Below are positions 32,530 to 42,360 of a stretch of 64,000 bases of DNA, piece by piece (positions within the stretch are counted from its first letter, which is position 1; each line of letters opens with the position of its first letter). The stretch is from an uncultured bacterium. GTDB lineage: Bacteria; Fidelibacterota; Marinisomatia; Marinisomatales; UBA1611. The notes beneath the pieces were generated by a model. That model saw only the letters and a program-made list of their open reading frames with translations, searched no databases and was not told the DNA's origin. The position numbers were made by a program, and so were the translations under genes. The DNA lies in contig CBFIBM010000001.1 of the NCBI GenBank assembly GCA_965660855.1, positions 192,001 to 256,000 on the forward strand, read 5' to 3'.

Positions 32530-33828
32530 ATGAATCATCTAGTTAAGATTACATTATTTATATTCACATTGCTTTCTAGTAAAGATAGTTCTGATGTAAA
32601 ATATTTTCATTCATCTATAATGAAAATACCTAATCTATCTTTTTTAGAAAGGACCTATAGTGGCTTAGATATTTTAGAGCAGATGGACTTCTCTCCATTA
32701 AAAGATAAAAAAATTGCCATCTTAACAAATCACACTGCAGTAAACAGAAATGGTGATCACATACTTGACCTTATTCATCATGCAGCCAATTCTGAAATAT
32801 CATTCATATTAGAATTTGAAAATGGATTATGGGGGGTGGATGATAAAAGATCTAAATTGATTGGCAGAGCAAATATTGAACCTCTTCATAATGCACCCAT
32901 ACTAGATTTGTTTAATACATATGTTTATCCACCTCATTGGGTAATGGATAAAATAGATCTTGTATTGGTTGATTTTCAAGATACTGGAAGTCGTTATTCA
33001 ACATATATAGCAACATTGTCAAAGGTTTTTGAGAGTGCTTCCAATCATGAAAAACAAGTAATTCTCCTTGATAGGCCAAATCCAATTAGAGGCGATATAT
33101 TGGATGGTCCAATACCTAGAATAGAATATCAGTCTTTCGAATCTTACCATTTACTTCCAATAAGGCATGGATTAACATATGGAGAAATTTCCATTCTAAT
33201 AAATGAAATGGGTTGGATAAAAGATTCGAAAAGAGTAGATCTTACAGTTATTCCTATGGCAAATTGGAAAAGAGATTATTGGTTTTCTGAAACTAAATTA
33301 ATTTGGCGTAATCCAAAGCCATCAATAAAAAATGAAAATACATTATTAGCATATAATGGCTTTGATTTATTTCGAGGAACCAACATGAATATTGGTTTTG
33401 GAACTGAAGATCCTTATTTGATAGTTGGCTCACCATGGTTATCCACATCATTTTTATTAGATAAAATTAGATCAATTGGTCTCAAAGGTGTCAAGTTTGA
33501 AGAAATTTATTATAGGCCAAGTGGTTCTATAAACCAAGAGCGAATACCAAAATATGATGGTCAATCGTGCAGTGGAATACAAATAATTATTACCAATCGT
33601 GATACTTTTAAACCACTAAAAGTAGCAACAACAATATTATTTTTAATTAATCAGCTCCATCCAAGGGAGTTTCAATGGGAGAAGAATGACTATATAGATA
33701 AACTTTTTGGTTCGAATGAATTAAGAATTTTAACTGCACAAAAAAAACCGGCATCGCACTTAGCCGCAATATGGTCAAAAGATATTTACAAGTTTAGCGA
33801 ATTTAGAAAGAGGTTTTTGATCTATTGA
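32530..33828 (+). CDS. DUF1343 / NamZ-like exo-beta-N-acetylmuramidase family protein (divergent)
   Basis: LTNHT, DFQDTGSRYSTY, LDRPNP, PIRHGLTYGE and IDKLFG. Confidence 0.85.
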   Translation: MNHLVKITLFIFTLLSSKDSSDVKYFHSSIMKIPNLSFLERTYSGLDILEQMDFSPLKDKKIAILTNHTAVNRNGDHILDLIHHAANSEISFILEFENGLWGVDDKRSKLIGRANIEPLHNAPILDLFNTYVYPPHWVMDKIDLVLVDFQDTGSRYSTYIATLSKVFESASNHEKQVILLDRPNPIRGDILDGPIPRIEYQSFESYHLLPIRHGLTYGEISILINEMGWIKDSKRVDLTVIPMANWKRDYWFSETKLIWRNPKPSIKNENTLLAYNGFDLFRGTNMNIGFGTEDPYLIVGSPWLSTSFLLDKIRSIGLKGVKFEEIYYRPSGSINQERIPKYDGQSCSGIQIIITNRDTFKPLKVATTILFLINQLHPREFQWEKNDYIDKLFGSNELRILTAQKKPASHLAAIWSKDIYKFSEFRKRFLIY

Positions 33829-35420
33829 TAAAATTTATTTTAGTTTTATTTGTGATAATTTCGCCTGTTTTTACTCAAATATTACCAACAATTCCCAAAA
33901 ATGTATTTAGGTTCTCAACTGGATACTATCATAATACTGGTGAATGGATTTTAAATAATCAGCATTTTAACTTAAATGGAATTGGTAGAAGATATTTTAA
34001 TGATAAAATTTATGATGAGTACGGGGTTTTTAACTCTAATCATGATTTATTCTTTTTAGGATCCACTAAACTTGATAGTAATAATACATTTGATCTTAAT
34101 TATATGGGAGATGATATTTTAGATACAGCTTCAACTGTAGAAGACTGGCTTATAAAATTTAATAATTACTATGGATTCAATTTACCTACTTTAAGTGAGC
34201 AGAATATTGATACAAATAATAGAATTTTGATTGAGGGATCTTTTGATGAAAAAAGGAAAAGAGATTTTTATGGAAAAACCTTCAAATTAGAATATGGTAT
34301 GTCTGATGAAATTACATTATCTATTTCAACATCTATTTTTGATAAATTCATTATTAATCAAAGTTTTTCAAATTATAATGTCGGTAAAGCAAATAACGTA
34401 GAGGAGCTAATTGACTATCATTTTGAAACGAAATCAGTGTTTAAAAACTTTATTGAATCAAATACTTTTTCAAATTTGCAAGGAGATATAAGAAATACAT
34501 TGAACATGATTTATGATTATTATTTTAGAAATAACAGTCCATTCTCAGTTAATTGGATATTCCATTCTTTAGATGACCCCATAAATAATTTAATAATTGA
34601 TGATAAAATGAAACCTTTAGAATTAACAGATGATGATAGTATTTCTTTCCAAGAACTAATTCAGTATTATTACCCCAAAAGAAAAATATCATCCGGAATT
34701 GATGATATTAGTATTGGTGCCACGGTTTTACTTAGTGGAAATCCTGCATGGAGAACAGGTGTAAAAGGCAATGCCTTTTATGGTAATTTTAATTTATCAA
34801 TTCCTTATGGTTCGACAATTGCTTCATTTAAATCAAATGGTGTAAGAACAAAACAATTTAAGCAAATAAATATTGGAAATGGGGCATTAGGTTACGGGTT
34901 GGGTTTTCTTGCTGAAAGAAAAATTAAATCAAAAAATAATTCTAGAATATTTTTTTCAAGCCTGATTCAATTTTTTTCTGATGCAACATTAAATACTCCA
35001 GTTCAACTTTTTTCTGGTGGACATAGTAACCCTGATACAATACTGAGCCATATTGGAAACACTTATAAATTTAAAAAAGGATTAATTTTAGATACACAAT
35101 TAGGTGGAGAGACTGAAATAGTAAAAAACCGATTGATAATCAAATATAATTTTAATTTTAAAAGTAAAAATAAAGATGAATACATCTCAAATAGCGTTGA
35201 CTGGAATCAATGGATGGAATCTCATAATGGTTACTCATCAGCCTATAAAATTTTCAAAGTAGGATCAGAATTTTGGATTGTCAATTCTACCTCTAAAAAT
35301 AAAATTGGTCCATTTTTATTTGATATTTATGCTGGATTTAATAGCTCAATTTTTTCAGAACATCACTATATTGAAAACAGATTATATAGTGGAATTACAA
35401 CATATTTTCAAGGATGGTAG
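33825..35420 (+). CDS. Secreted hypothetical protein, possible outer-membrane protein
   Basis: Signal peptide, amphipathic strands and an aromatic C-terminus (YSGITTYFQGW). Confidence 0.55.
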   Translation: MIKFILVLFVIISPVFTQILPTIPKNVFRFSTGYYHNTGEWILNNQHFNLNGIGRRYFNDKIYDEYGVFNSNHDLFFLGSTKLDSNNTFDLNYMGDDILDTASTVEDWLIKFNNYYGFNLPTLSEQNIDTNNRILIEGSFDEKRKRDFYGKTFKLEYGMSDEITLSISTSIFDKFIINQSFSNYNVGKANNVEELIDYHFETKSVFKNFIESNTFSNLQGDIRNTLNMIYDYYFRNNSPFSVNWIFHSLDDPINNLIIDDKMKPLELTDDDSISFQELIQYYYPKRKISSGIDDISIGATVLLSGNPAWRTGVKGNAFYGNFNLSIPYGSTIASFKSNGVRTKQFKQINIGNGALGYGLGFLAERKIKSKNNSRIFFSSLIQFFSDATLNTPVQLFSGGHSNPDTILSHIGNTYKFKKGLILDTQLGGETEIVKNRLIIKYNFNFKSKNKDEYISNSVDWNQWMESHNGYSSAYKIFKVGSEFWIVNSTSKNKIGPFLFDIYAGFNSSIFSEHHYIENRLYSGITTYFQGW

Positions 35421-35426
35421 TAATTA

Positions 35427-36692
35427 ATGAATAAAAAGAGAGTATGGAGTTGGGCTTTTTATGATTGGGCTAACTCAACATTTTATACAACAGTTGTTGC
35501 CGGATTTTTTCCAATATTTTTTGAAAAATATTGGTCAAATCCTTCAGATGTAGTCCAAAGTACATATCAATTGGGTATGGCTAACTCACTCGCATCGATA
35601 ATTGTTGCATTTCTATCTCCATTCCTTGGAGCTATGGCAGATAGAGGTTCTGCAAAAAAGAAATTTTTAATTATTTTTGCATTTTTTGGAGCACTAATGA
35701 CAAGTGGTCTATTTATTGTTAAGCAGGGTGAATGGGAATTAGCAGTAATTATCTATGTACTTGCGACAATTGGGTTTATGTCAGGAAATATTTTTTATGA
35801 TTCACTCTTAACAGATGTGGCAGAAAAAAAAGATTGGAATTATGTTTCTTCTTTAGGGTACGCATTGGGGTATTTAGGAGGTGGTATTTTATTTGCCATC
35901 AATGTGGGGATGTATTTAAACCCACAAATTTTTGGAATATCTGATTCCGCTACTGCAATAAAAATTTCATTTATAACTGTTTCTGTTTGGGTTATAGTCT
36001 TTACTATTCCAATAATTTTATTTGTACCTGAACCAAATGTTTCAAATTCGGTTCCTCTTAGAATAGCTTTTTTTGAGGGATATAAAGAGTTAAAGATTAC
36101 TTTTACTAAAATAAGAAATATGAAAGTTCTAGGAACATTTCTTTTTTCATATTGGTTATATATTGACGGTGTAGATACTATTATTAAAATGACTGTAAAA
36201 ATGGCATCCTCTCTTGGTTTTGAAACTTCAGACTTAATTATAGCTCTTCTTATGGTTCAATTCATAGCATTTCCAGCAGCAATTTTATATAATATTTTTT
36301 CTGAAAAAATTGGTGCAAAAAATGCAATATTTGTTGCTATAGGGGGATATACTATAGTGACTTTTTTAGCATATTTTATGGTTTCAAAAACTCACTTATA
36401 TATTCTAGCTGCAATGATTGGACTTTTTCAAGGTGGTATTCAAGCATTAAGTAGGAGCTTATACGCTAAATTGATACCTAAGAATAAAGAGACTGAGTTT
36501 TTTGGCTTTTTTAATATGTTGGGAAAATTTGCTGCAATTCTAGGTCCGTTTTTGATGGGATGGGTGACCTTGCAAACAGGCAACGTTCGCATTGGTATTT
36601 TATCAATTTTAATTTTATTCATTTCAGGAGCTTTTTTTCTTTACAAAGTTGATTTTGAACAGGGTGAAATAGACGCAAACAAAATATATTAG
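35427..36692 (+). CDS. MFS transporter, UMF1/Atg22-like family
   Basis: WAFYDWANS, LGAMAD, NIFYDSLL, GYALGYLGG, QALSRS and EFFGF. Confidence 0.92.
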   Translation: MNKKRVWSWAFYDWANSTFYTTVVAGFFPIFFEKYWSNPSDVVQSTYQLGMANSLASIIVAFLSPFLGAMADRGSAKKKFLIIFAFFGALMTSGLFIVKQGEWELAVIIYVLATIGFMSGNIFYDSLLTDVAEKKDWNYVSSLGYALGYLGGGILFAINVGMYLNPQIFGISDSATAIKISFITVSVWVIVFTIPIILFVPEPNVSNSVPLRIAFFEGYKELKITFTKIRNMKVLGTFLFSYWLYIDGVDTIIKMTVKMASSLGFETSDLIIALLMVQFIAFPAAILYNIFSEKIGAKNAIFVAIGGYTIVTFLAYFMVSKTHLYILAAMIGLFQGGIQALSRSLYAKLIPKNKETEFFGFFNMLGKFAAILGPFLMGWVTLQTGNVRIGILSILILFISGAFFLYKVDFEQGEIDANKIY

Positions 36693-36774
36693 AAATAATA
36701 TGCTAATTGTTCTTCTTTTTATAAATCTATCTTAAACTTGATAGTGTTTACCTAACAAATGCGCAGGATTAAAA

Positions 36775-37167
36775 ATGATAATTACTAGATATTCTCAACT
36801 TGTAATGCCACAAGATGCAAATGTTGTTGGAACCCTATTTGGTGGCCAAATGGTTTCATGGATGGATATATCTGCCTCGAAAGCTGTTCATAGATTTTTA
36901 AAAGATACAAAAGCTGAACTTGCTTTGACTCGTGCAATTGATGCAATAGAATTCAAAGAACCTGTCTATGTTGGTAATTGGGTGAACTTCGAAGCAAAAA
37001 TTTTAGAGACTGGGAAGTCATCTATTGTAATTCAAATAAATGCTTTTAAAGAATCACATCATATTGAAAAAGTATTAGCTTGTAAAGCAACTTTTACGTT
37101 TGTTTCAGTAAAGAAAAATACTGACGGGACATTTATGAAGGTTAATCATAATAAAAAACCAGAATAA
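36775..37167 (+). CDS. Hotdog-fold acyl-CoA thioesterase
   Basis: VMPQDAN.GTLFGG..VSWMD, FKEPV and TGKSSI. Confidence 0.9.
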   Translation: MIITRYSQLVMPQDANVVGTLFGGQMVSWMDISASKAVHRFLKDTKAELALTRAIDAIEFKEPVYVGNWVNFEAKILETGKSSIVIQINAFKESHHIEKVLACKATFTFVSVKKNTDGTFMKVNHNKKPE

Positions 37168-37190
37168 AATTTGAATACAGGAATAAGGTA

Positions 37191-39113
37191 ATGAATGAAA
37201 ATATAATGAAAACAAACATTAATAATGTTAAAACCGAAAATGATTATAAAAATTTTTATACTAATTCTATTAAAGATCCAAAATCATTTTGGGATAAAAA
37301 AGCACATAGGCTTAATTGGTTCAAAAAATGGGAGGATGTCAGTAAAACGAATTTTAGAACTGGAGAAATTCAATGGTTTATTGGTGGTGAATTGAATGCT
37401 TCGTATAATTGTATCGATAGACATATTGAAAATGGATTTGGGGAAGATAATGCAATTATCTGGGAGGGAAATGATCCAGGACACTCAATAACAATAACTT
37501 ATAATCAATTACTAAAAAAAGTATCTCAATTCGCTAACGCATTGAAAGAATTAAATGTACGAAAAGGTGATAGAGTTTGTCTATACATGCAAATGATTCC
37601 TGAGCTGGCTATTGCTATCTTAGCCTGCGCCCGTATTGGTGCTGTTCATTCTGTAGTATTTGGTGCATTTTCGAGTGACTCTTTAAAAGATCGGATTAAT
37701 GATTCTAAATGTAAAATTCTTGTTACCCAAGATACAGGTGTAAGAGGAGAGAAAAATAATATTCCCATGAAAGTAAATGCTGATCAGGCAGTTATGGAGA
37801 CCCCATCAATAGAAAATGTAATTGTCGTTCGAAGAACAGGTGAACCTATTAATATGGATTCAAAAAAAGATATTTGGTGGCATGAAGCAATTTCTGGAGT
37901 TTCTTCAAAATGTAAGCCTGAAATAATGGGATCTGAAGACCCTTTGTTTATACTATATACTTCTGGGTCTACAGGAAAACCTAAAGGCGTATTACATACT
38001 ACTGGAGGCTATCTCACTTATGTCTCTTATACACATGAAATTATATTTAATTATAAACCAGGGGATATATATTGGTGTACAGCAGATTTAGGTTGGATAA
38101 CCGGACATTCATATATTATTTATGGACCACTTTCTAATAGAGCAACTTCAATAATGTTTGAAGGTGTTCCTAATTTCCCCGATTTTGGTAGATTTTGGGA
38201 CACAGTACAAAAACATAAAGTTAACCAATTTTATACCGCCCCAACCGCATTGAGAGCTCTTATGAAAGAAGGTAATTCATGGATTGAAAATAAAGACTTA
38301 TCATCGCTAAAAATACTTGGAACAGTAGGTGAGCCTATAAAAGAGCCAGAATGGAATTGGTATAACAGAGAAATAGGAAAAAATAATTGCCCAATTGTAG
38401 ATACATGGTGGCAAACTGAGACGGGAGGAATATTAATTTCGCCAATACCTGGAATTATTAAAACAAAACCAGGTTCTGCAACCTATCCACTTCCTGGAAT
38501 TGAACCGGTTTTACTTGATGATAATGGGAATGAAATATCAGGAAATAATGTGGCAGGTCTTTTAGCTATCAAATCTTCATGGCCTGGTCAGATGAGAACT
38601 ATTTATGGTGATCATAATCGGTTCTTAGATGTATATTTTTCAAAATTTCAAGGATATTATTTTACTGGAGATGGAGCTAAAAGAGATAAGGATGGCTATT
38701 ATTGGATAACTGGAAGAGTTGATGATGTATTAAATGTTTCAGGGCACAGAATAGGTACTGCTGAGGTAGAGGGAGCGATTGGTAAAACAAAAGGGGTTGC
38801 AGAAGCAGCAGTTGTTGGTTTTTCACATGATATTAAAGGTCAGGGTATTTATTCATTTGTAACACTAATGACTGGAGTTACTCAATCAAAAGAAATCCAT
38901 AGTAATATATTAGATACGGTTGCAAAAGAAATTGGACCACATGCAAAACCTGATAAAATACATTTTACACAATCACTTCCTAAAACTAGATCGGGTAAAA
39001 TAATGCGAAGAATATTAAGAAATATTGCAGAGGGGAATATCGATAATATGGGAGATATTTCAACTTTATCTGACCCTAGTGTTGTGAAGAATCTTATTTC
39101 AGATTTGCAGTAA
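37191..39113 (+). CDS. acs: Acetyl-CoA synthetase
   Basis: YTSGSTGKPKG, VDTWWQTETGG, SGHRIGTAE and PKTRSGKIMRR. Confidence 0.97.
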   Translation: MNENIMKTNINNVKTENDYKNFYTNSIKDPKSFWDKKAHRLNWFKKWEDVSKTNFRTGEIQWFIGGELNASYNCIDRHIENGFGEDNAIIWEGNDPGHSITITYNQLLKKVSQFANALKELNVRKGDRVCLYMQMIPELAIAILACARIGAVHSVVFGAFSSDSLKDRINDSKCKILVTQDTGVRGEKNNIPMKVNADQAVMETPSIENVIVVRRTGEPINMDSKKDIWWHEAISGVSSKCKPEIMGSEDPLFILYTSGSTGKPKGVLHTTGGYLTYVSYTHEIIFNYKPGDIYWCTADLGWITGHSYIIYGPLSNRATSIMFEGVPNFPDFGRFWDTVQKHKVNQFYTAPTALRALMKEGNSWIENKDLSSLKILGTVGEPIKEPEWNWYNREIGKNNCPIVDTWWQTETGGILISPIPGIIKTKPGSATYPLPGIEPVLLDDNGNEISGNNVAGLLAIKSSWPGQMRTIYGDHNRFLDVYFSKFQGYYFTGDGAKRDKDGYYWITGRVDDVLNVSGHRIGTAEVEGAIGKTKGVAEAAVVGFSHDIKGQGIYSFVTLMTGVTQSKEIHSNILDTVAKEIGPHAKPDKIHFTQSLPKTRSGKIMRRILRNIAEGNIDNMGDISTLSDPSVVKNLISDLQ

Positions 39114-42100
39114 GTTTATTATTCATTTTTCTTATTCTTTTTGAAAGAATTTTAACTATTTGTTTCATTATTTTATTGCTTGAAGCCATCAATTCATAAA
39201 ATACAAATTGGTTAATCTCTAACAATATACATTCGCTTATACAAATTGCATCTGCTGACCTTGGTTCTTGATCTAATAATGCCATTTCGCCAATACTCAT
39301 TCCAGTTTCTAAAGATGCAATCTCTTCTCCATCTTTGATAATATTAATTTTACCTTTTACAATTACGTACATTGACTCTCCGTGATCACCTTCAAGAAAT
39401 AATTGGAAACCCTCAGGCCTGTGAATCTCTTTAGTTATTTGACCAATTTTCGCAAGTAAATCACCTGGAATTTCTTTAAAAAGGTCAATTGATTTTAAAA
39501 TTAATGTTTTTTCTATTATTGAATACATGCTTGTGTCCTTTTTTAATGAATTTGCACTTCTTAAAAAGTTATTTTTTATGTATGATTTTTGATTATTTTG
39601 AAGGTATCCTTGACATAAAAATTTTGAATTAACTTTATCCCAATTAATTTTTTTTAATATTCTTGTACTCTCATTTTTTAGCAAATAATCTAGAGTTATT
39701 ACCTTTTTCCAATGAATATTATTTTCAACCCAACTTTTTAAAATAGATTCTTCACCAACCTTATCAATATCATAATTCTTTTTATTTTCTATGTCTAATT
39801 TCATATCTGGATCCATAAGTGTCAGTAAAATTGATTTTGCATTTTTGGAAAACGTTGTATCGATTAATTCTAGAATTACGGGTAAAAAAACTTTGTTTTT
39901 AGTTTTAACATATCTGATATACTTTTCTAATGGAATGCTAGAGTTTCTTATTGTTCCAAGTTTAATTAAACAAATAATAAAAATTTCAATTTCATTTTCT
40001 ATCTCATGAATTAATAAAGTGGTATTTTTCTGCTTTATTAAATCCAATTTCAAAAAATATAACATCAAAGCTTTTTTAGAAATTTTTATAATCTTACTCT
40101 CAATTTTTTCATGAACAGTATTTTCAAGATTATTACTTTTTGATATTAAAATCATAGCATTAGAAGCTTCAGATATAATTAAAGAATCATTATGGTCTAA
40201 AAAGAAAATTAATTGACTTATAAAAGTTTTATCAATTACCTTATTTCCGAATTTTAATATTTCAACTATAATTCGTCTATCAGTTTTTTGGTTTTTTAAA
40301 ATCGCTTTTATTTTTTCTTGGGAAAATTTTTTGGGTAACATATAAAGTGATCTTAATGCATTTTTCTTTAATTTTGGATTTAGTATAGATTCGAAAATCA
40401 TTTCAAAAAATATTTCATCTGGTTTTTCTTTAATAATCTCCAAAATGATATTTTTGATATTTATATTATTCTTATAATAGATATTTATAAGCTCATCTTT
40501 TGTCAAAAGATTGGGATAATTTTTAACATTCAATAACATTCCCTTCAAAACTGTAGAGTCACTACTATTTTTTATCTTTTTAAATACTTTTATAGCATTT
40601 TTATTTTCACTATCATTTTCTAAAAGGACTACAGCAGCACAAATAGAGGTTACTTTATTCTTATCTTTTAAAATTTTTGATAAGATATTACTCAGGCCAT
40701 TTATTTTTCTGTCATGTGCACAGTGAATTGCTTTTTCTGAAAGAATATTATCCTCTTTAATAAGATTCATTATTAAACTATTTTTTATTATATTTTTATT
40801 ATTCCACGTTAACTCTAATATTGCTCTTTTAACCGTTGTAGAACCATCTATAAATAATTTTCTAATTGTATTTTTCCAGTGTTCTAAAGGAATTTCCCAT
40901 AAAAGGTCAATAGCATATAATTGTTTTAATTCATCGTTACTATTAAGAGCACTATCAATTGTCTCAATAATTTTTTCATCATCAAGATCAATTTTTATTT
41001 TATCTAAACTTAATTGCCTACTTTCTATTGAATCTAAGAGAGACTCTATATAACCTTTCCTTAATTGAAAACAGTTATAAATCCACAAAATAATCAGAAT
41101 CAAAATTATATAGCTAAAAAAAGTAACGTCTTTTTCTGAAATGAAATCAAAAAAAATAAACACAAATATTATTAACCCTGAAATACCTTCAGAAAAAGAT
41201 TTTAAGGAACCATCAATTATTGGTTTGAACTTTTGTTTTTTAAACTTTGAGACTGGTAACCAAAGAATTTCCTTCATTGTACTGTTAGTAGAGAATTTTA
41301 TAACCTGATCAGAAAATTTTGTAAAAAAAATAGCTGATAAATTTTTAAATAATAGAAAACTAGATGAGCCTATTAAAATTGTCGAGGGTAATAATATTAA
41401 GACTGTCAGGACTCCAAAGTTTCTTAATAAATAACTGGATAAAAAAAATTGAAATATCAATGTTGTTAAACCTGTTAAAGCATAATAATTACCAAAAAAA
41501 GATACTAGCTCATAATCAGTACTATAAAAGTTGGTAGCTGTAATTTTAAATTGATAATCAATAATTTTTGTTATAAAAGAAGAAAGAACCACTAGAATTG
41601 CTATGTTCTTAATATAAGGCTCTATCGTTGAGATCGGTATTTCATCTTTTTGCGATAAATTATTTTCTATGTTTTGATTTTGTAACTGAAAAGGCCGGAT
41701 GAGCGTAGTTAAGTAAGATGAAATAATAATAAGAAATATTGATATATAAAGAAGACTTTCTACTCCATATAAATTTGAAAATGGCTGAATAAAATATCCT
41801 GCCAGAAGACTAGCAACAGATCCACCTGAAATAATTATTGTAAAAATACGTTTTGCTTGACGAGAATTAAAAACTTCTCCAGCAATCACCCAAAATTGCA
41901 TAACAGAAATTCCCATGAAAATTTCGAAAATAACATAAAATATGGGAATTTTATAAGTTGTCAGGTCAAACGTAAAAAAAATAAAAAAAATAAAAAAAAT
42001 TGAGTTAAAAATTAGCATGACACTAATTTGATCTTTTAAAATGGACAACTTTCTGTAAAATATTACAAAAAATGTCATAAATAATGCAGTAAATACATAC

Positions 42101-42252
42101 ATCAAAGGAAGAGCTGACTTATTATAATGAGTAAGAAAAATTGATTCTTTTAAGGTAGAACCTGCAATACTAGAAAAAATAATACTGAAAAAGCTAATGA
42201 ACAGAATTACAGCAGGAAAAATCTCTTCTTTTTTTATATTTATCAGTTTCAT
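39094..42252 (-). CDS. Npt/TLC-like nucleotide-transporter domain fused to HEAT repeats and a cyclic-nucleotide-binding domain
   Basis: N-terminal ~12 TM region (QFW..GEVFNSRQAKRIF, IIDYQFK, KPIIDG), a central helical repeat region, and a C-terminal cNMP domain (EGDHGESMY, IGEMALLDQEPRSADA). Confidence 0.85.
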   Translation of the reverse strand: MKLINIKKEEIFPAVILFISFFSIIFSSIAGSTLKESIFLTHYNKSALPLMYVFTALFMTFFVIFYRKLSILKDQISVMLIFNSIFFIFFIFFTFDLTTYKIPIFYVIFEIFMGISVMQFWVIAGEVFNSRQAKRIFTIIISGGSVASLLAGYFIQPFSNLYGVESLLYISIFLIIISSYLTTLIRPFQLQNQNIENNLSQKDEIPISTIEPYIKNIAILVVLSSFITKIIDYQFKITATNFYSTDYELVSFFGNYYALTGLTTLIFQFFLSSYLLRNFGVLTVLILLPSTILIGSSSFLLFKNLSAIFFTKFSDQVIKFSTNSTMKEILWLPVSKFKKQKFKPIIDGSLKSFSEGISGLIIFVFIFFDFISEKDVTFFSYIILILIILWIYNCFQLRKGYIESLLDSIESRQLSLDKIKIDLDDEKIIETIDSALNSNDELKQLYAIDLLWEIPLEHWKNTIRKLFIDGSTTVKRAILELTWNNKNIIKNSLIMNLIKEDNILSEKAIHCAHDRKINGLSNILSKILKDKNKVTSICAAVVLLENDSENKNAIKVFKKIKNSSDSTVLKGMLLNVKNYPNLLTKDELINIYYKNNINIKNIILEIIKEKPDEIFFEMIFESILNPKLKKNALRSLYMLPKKFSQEKIKAILKNQKTDRRIIVEILKFGNKVIDKTFISQLIFFLDHNDSLIISEASNAMILISKSNNLENTVHEKIESKIIKISKKALMLYFLKLDLIKQKNTTLLIHEIENEIEIFIICLIKLGTIRNSSIPLEKYIRYVKTKNKVFLPVILELIDTTFSKNAKSILLTLMDPDMKLDIENKKNYDIDKVGEESILKSWVENNIHWKKVITLDYLLKNESTRILKKINWDKVNSKFLCQGYLQNNQKSYIKNNFLRSANSLKKDTSMYSIIEKTLILKSIDLFKEIPGDLLAKIGQITKEIHRPEGFQLFLEGDHGESMYVIVKGKINIIKDGEEIASLETGMSIGEMALLDQEPRSADAICISECILLEINQFVFYELMASSNKIMKQIVKILSKRIRKMNNKLTANLK

Positions 42253-42360
42253 TTATATGAATTTAATAGTCTTTAACTTCGAAGTAATAGTGTATTCCTA
42301 TTAGGATTATGCACTAGATTCTAATGTTATTTTTTGATTTAATTAATAGAAGGAATCTAA

